Origin: Candidatus Nanoarchaeia archaeon
Lineage (GTDB): Archaea; Nanobdellota; Nanobdellia; Tiddalikarchaeales; Tiddalikarchaeaceae
NCBI GenBank assembly: GCA_028704265.1
Contig: JAQVLH010000016.1
Coordinates: 1-12,457, forward strand
Direction of reading: 5' to 3'
Length of the DNA: 12,457 nucleotides
Part shown: piece after piece, positions 10,796 to 12,457 of the stretch
How the letters are laid out: each line of letters opens with the position of its first letter
How positions within the stretch are numbered: the first letter of the stretch is position 1
Position numbers and translations under genes: made by a program
Notes under the pieces: model-generated
What the model saw: only the letters and a program-made list of their open reading frames with translations
Told to the model about the DNA's origin: nothing
Databases searched by the model: none

Positions 10796-12457
10796 TTATA
10801 AACCCCATAAAGGATTTGCTTTTCTTTGCATTGCAGCAATTTCTTTCAAAAGTTCAATTTCGCTTTTTGACAAAAAGCTTGCTAATCCTTTTTTAATTTT
10901 TAAATAATCTTTTTCAGGAATATAAGTGTAAAGTATTTCATTGTCTGAAAAATCCCTTTCATAAGTGGCATCATCAATGCTGCATGCAATCTTATCACCA
11001 GTTTTAGCAAGATTAATTGTTATATTTTGATTTTGTAATTGCTTAACTGTGCCTATAATTTTTCCGTTTTCTTTCATTATTTGCACTCCAGGCTTCAAGC
11101 TTCCTGATAAAATATTAACTCCAACTACTGCAGGTTTAGATTTTCTAAAAACAAAATCCCTCATAACTTGGATTTTTCCAGGAAGAACAACTGTATTTAA
11201 TTCTATTCTTTTTTTCTCTTCCATCTTAAAATTTTTCCATTCATTATATTTATCTAACAAATGATAAATAATATTACTATTAACTATTTTAATATCATTT
11301 TCAAGCGCTAAAATATTTGCATCATCGCTTACTTTTACATTAAATCCTAATATTATTCCATAATACAAATCCTTTTTTTTCATATGATTTGAATTGATAA
11401 TATCAATCTTGTTAATGTCTCCAATTTCGTTGCTTGAAATTTTTAAGCCATTTTTTCTTAAAAAACCCGTTAATGCTTCAATGCTTCCAAGACTGTCAGC
11501 TTTGACAATTATTCCTTCAGAATCATTATTTATAAGAACTGATTGTATTTCTTTTTGCATATCTTGAGCTATTTTTTCAGCTTCTTTTTGAGTATCCGCA
11601 CTTTGAATTGGCATTCCAGCAATTGCGTTTTCAAGTTCAGGGGCAGAAATTCTAATACCTTTAGCTGCAACGATTTCATCAACATGCTCAAAAGCGCATT
11701 TTTTATCCCTAATCTCCTGCAATTCCCAAGGTTTAAGCAATACTCTTATTTTTGTAATAATAGGCTTATTTACTCCTCCAACTATTAATAATTGATTTTT
11801 TTTTAAAATTCCATCATAAATAATTGCATCAATAGTAGTTCCTAATCCTGTTGTGTTTTTTACTTCAAGCACGCTTCCTTTAGCGTAGCCGTAATTTATT
11901 TCTAATTTTTTTTTTAAATATTTTTGAGCTAGCCCGCTAATCATCATTAATAATTCGCTAATGCCTTCTCCGCTAAATCCGCTGCAAGGAACAATTGCAA
12001 CACTTTGCGTGAAATCCTCAACTTTGTTAAACAAATCACAATTCATTCCATAATTTCCTAATTCAGCCATTAAAGCATAAACTTTTTTTTCAATATATTC
12101 TTTAACTTCAGATTTTTGAAAATTTAAACTTTCTAAATAAGATAATGTTTTTTGAACCTTCCAATTAGGTATTAAATCAATTTTGTTTGCAGCTATTACA
12201 AAAGGAACTTTAAATTGCTTAAGTATTTCAATACTTTCCTTAGTTTGAGGCTGAACTCCTTGAGTAATATCAATAACGAGTATTGCTAAATCCGCAATGC
12301 TTCCTCCTCTTTTTCTTAAATTAGTAAAAGCTTCATGTCCTGGAGTATCAATAGCTAAAAGTCCAGGAATTTCAAGAGTAATTTTCATTTTGTCAAGTAA
12401 ATTTCCGCAAATTTCTTTAATTTTATGTGTTGGAATCTCAGTTGCTCCAATACATTG
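10796..12457 (-). CDS. infB: translation initiation factor aIF5B (IF-2 family GTPase), 5'-truncated by the window edge
   Basis: The frame stays open upstream of the track ATG to the window end (QCIGATEIPTHKIKEICGNLLDK-MKITLEIPGLLAIDTPGHEAF). G-domain motifs are present: IGAT (switch I), DTPGH and NKID. The beta-barrel and C-terminal domains are of typical length. Confidence 0.9.
   Translation of the reverse strand, partial: QCIGATEIPTHKIKEICGNLLDKMKITLEIPGLLAIDTPGHEAFTNLRKRGGSIADLAILVIDITQGVQPQTKESIEILKQFKVPFVIAANKIDLIPNWKVQKTLSYLESLNFQKSEVKEYIEKKVYALMAELGNYGMNCDLFNKVEDFTQSVAIVPCSGFSGEGISELLMMISGLAQKYLKKKLEINYGYAKGSVLEVKNTTGLGTTIDAIIYDGILKKNQLLIVGGVNKPIITKIRVLLKPWELQEIRDKKCAFEHVDEIVAAKGIRISAPELENAIAGMPIQSADTQKEAEKIAQDMQKEIQSVLINNDSEGIIVKADSLGSIEALTGFLRKNGLKISSNEIGDINKIDIINSNHMKKKDLYYGIILGFNVKVSDDANILALENDIKIVNSNIIYHLLDKYNEWKNFKMEEKKRIELNTVVLPGKIQVMRDFVFRKSKPAVVGVNILSGSLKPGVQIMKENGKIIGTVKQLQNQNITINLAKTGDKIACSIDDATYERDFSDNEILYTYIPEKDYLKIKKGLASFLSKSEIELLKEIAAMQRKANPLWGL

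Noticed and set aside
10761-10808. Track start at 10808 for the TrxR-like ORF (MGFIITFKKTQKILLL extension)
   Set aside because: The extension overlaps the aIF5B 3' end and contains the TATA-like box. The FAD-binding GxGxxG normally starts within about 10 residues of the N-terminus, which fits the ATG at 10760.
11049-11788. Plus-strand ORFs 11049-11264 and 11543-11788
   Set aside because: Antisense to aIF5B, and low complexity.
1-12457. CRISPR arrays, tRNA/rRNA genes, riboswitch-like GC-rich structured regions
   Set aside because: No regularly spaced direct repeats and no GC-rich cloverleaf-like segments were seen. Every intergenic gap is 103 nt or shorter and is accounted for by promoter or terminator-like AT-rich sequence.

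Overview
Very AT-rich, extremely gene-dense archaeal chromosomal fragment: 18 CDS in 12.5 kb, with several overlapping gene ends. The archaeal call rests on aIF2-beta, aIF5B, CDP-archaeol synthase and an RPA32-like OB-fold protein. The compaction and composition suggest a small-genome, possibly DPANN-like, uncultured archaeon; that is inference only. Left to right: (i) a plus-strand, translationally coupled string of an unknown winged-helix (WH)-tailed protein, an RPA32-like protein, aIF2-beta and DUF424; (ii) five consecutive minus-strand ORFs (1490-4440) that I cannot assign to any family, one with LRR-like segments and three sharing a roughly 28-aa helical motif, which is the best candidate for something undescribed; (iii) a membrane-lipid pair, carS divergent from a CDP-alcohol phosphatidyltransferase, sharing one palindromic TATA box; (iv) a COG1340-like coiled-coil protein and an AI-2E-type permease; (v) gpsA (the bacterial-type sn-glycerol-3-phosphate-forming dehydrogenase family) abutting a small ferredoxin; (vi) aIF5B, followed by a thioredoxin-reductase-like flavoprotein and pyruvate kinase, the last two coupled. 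Expression signals look bimodal. Genes that head a transcription unit have a TTTAAA-type TATA box centred about 26-30 nt upstream of the start codon, implying leaderless or near-leaderless mRNAs. Two operon-internal genes have clear GGAG Shine-Dalgarno (SD) sequences buried in the upstream gene. I saw no tRNA, rRNA, CRISPR array, transposase or integrase. All homology calls come from motif recognition by eye, not from searches.
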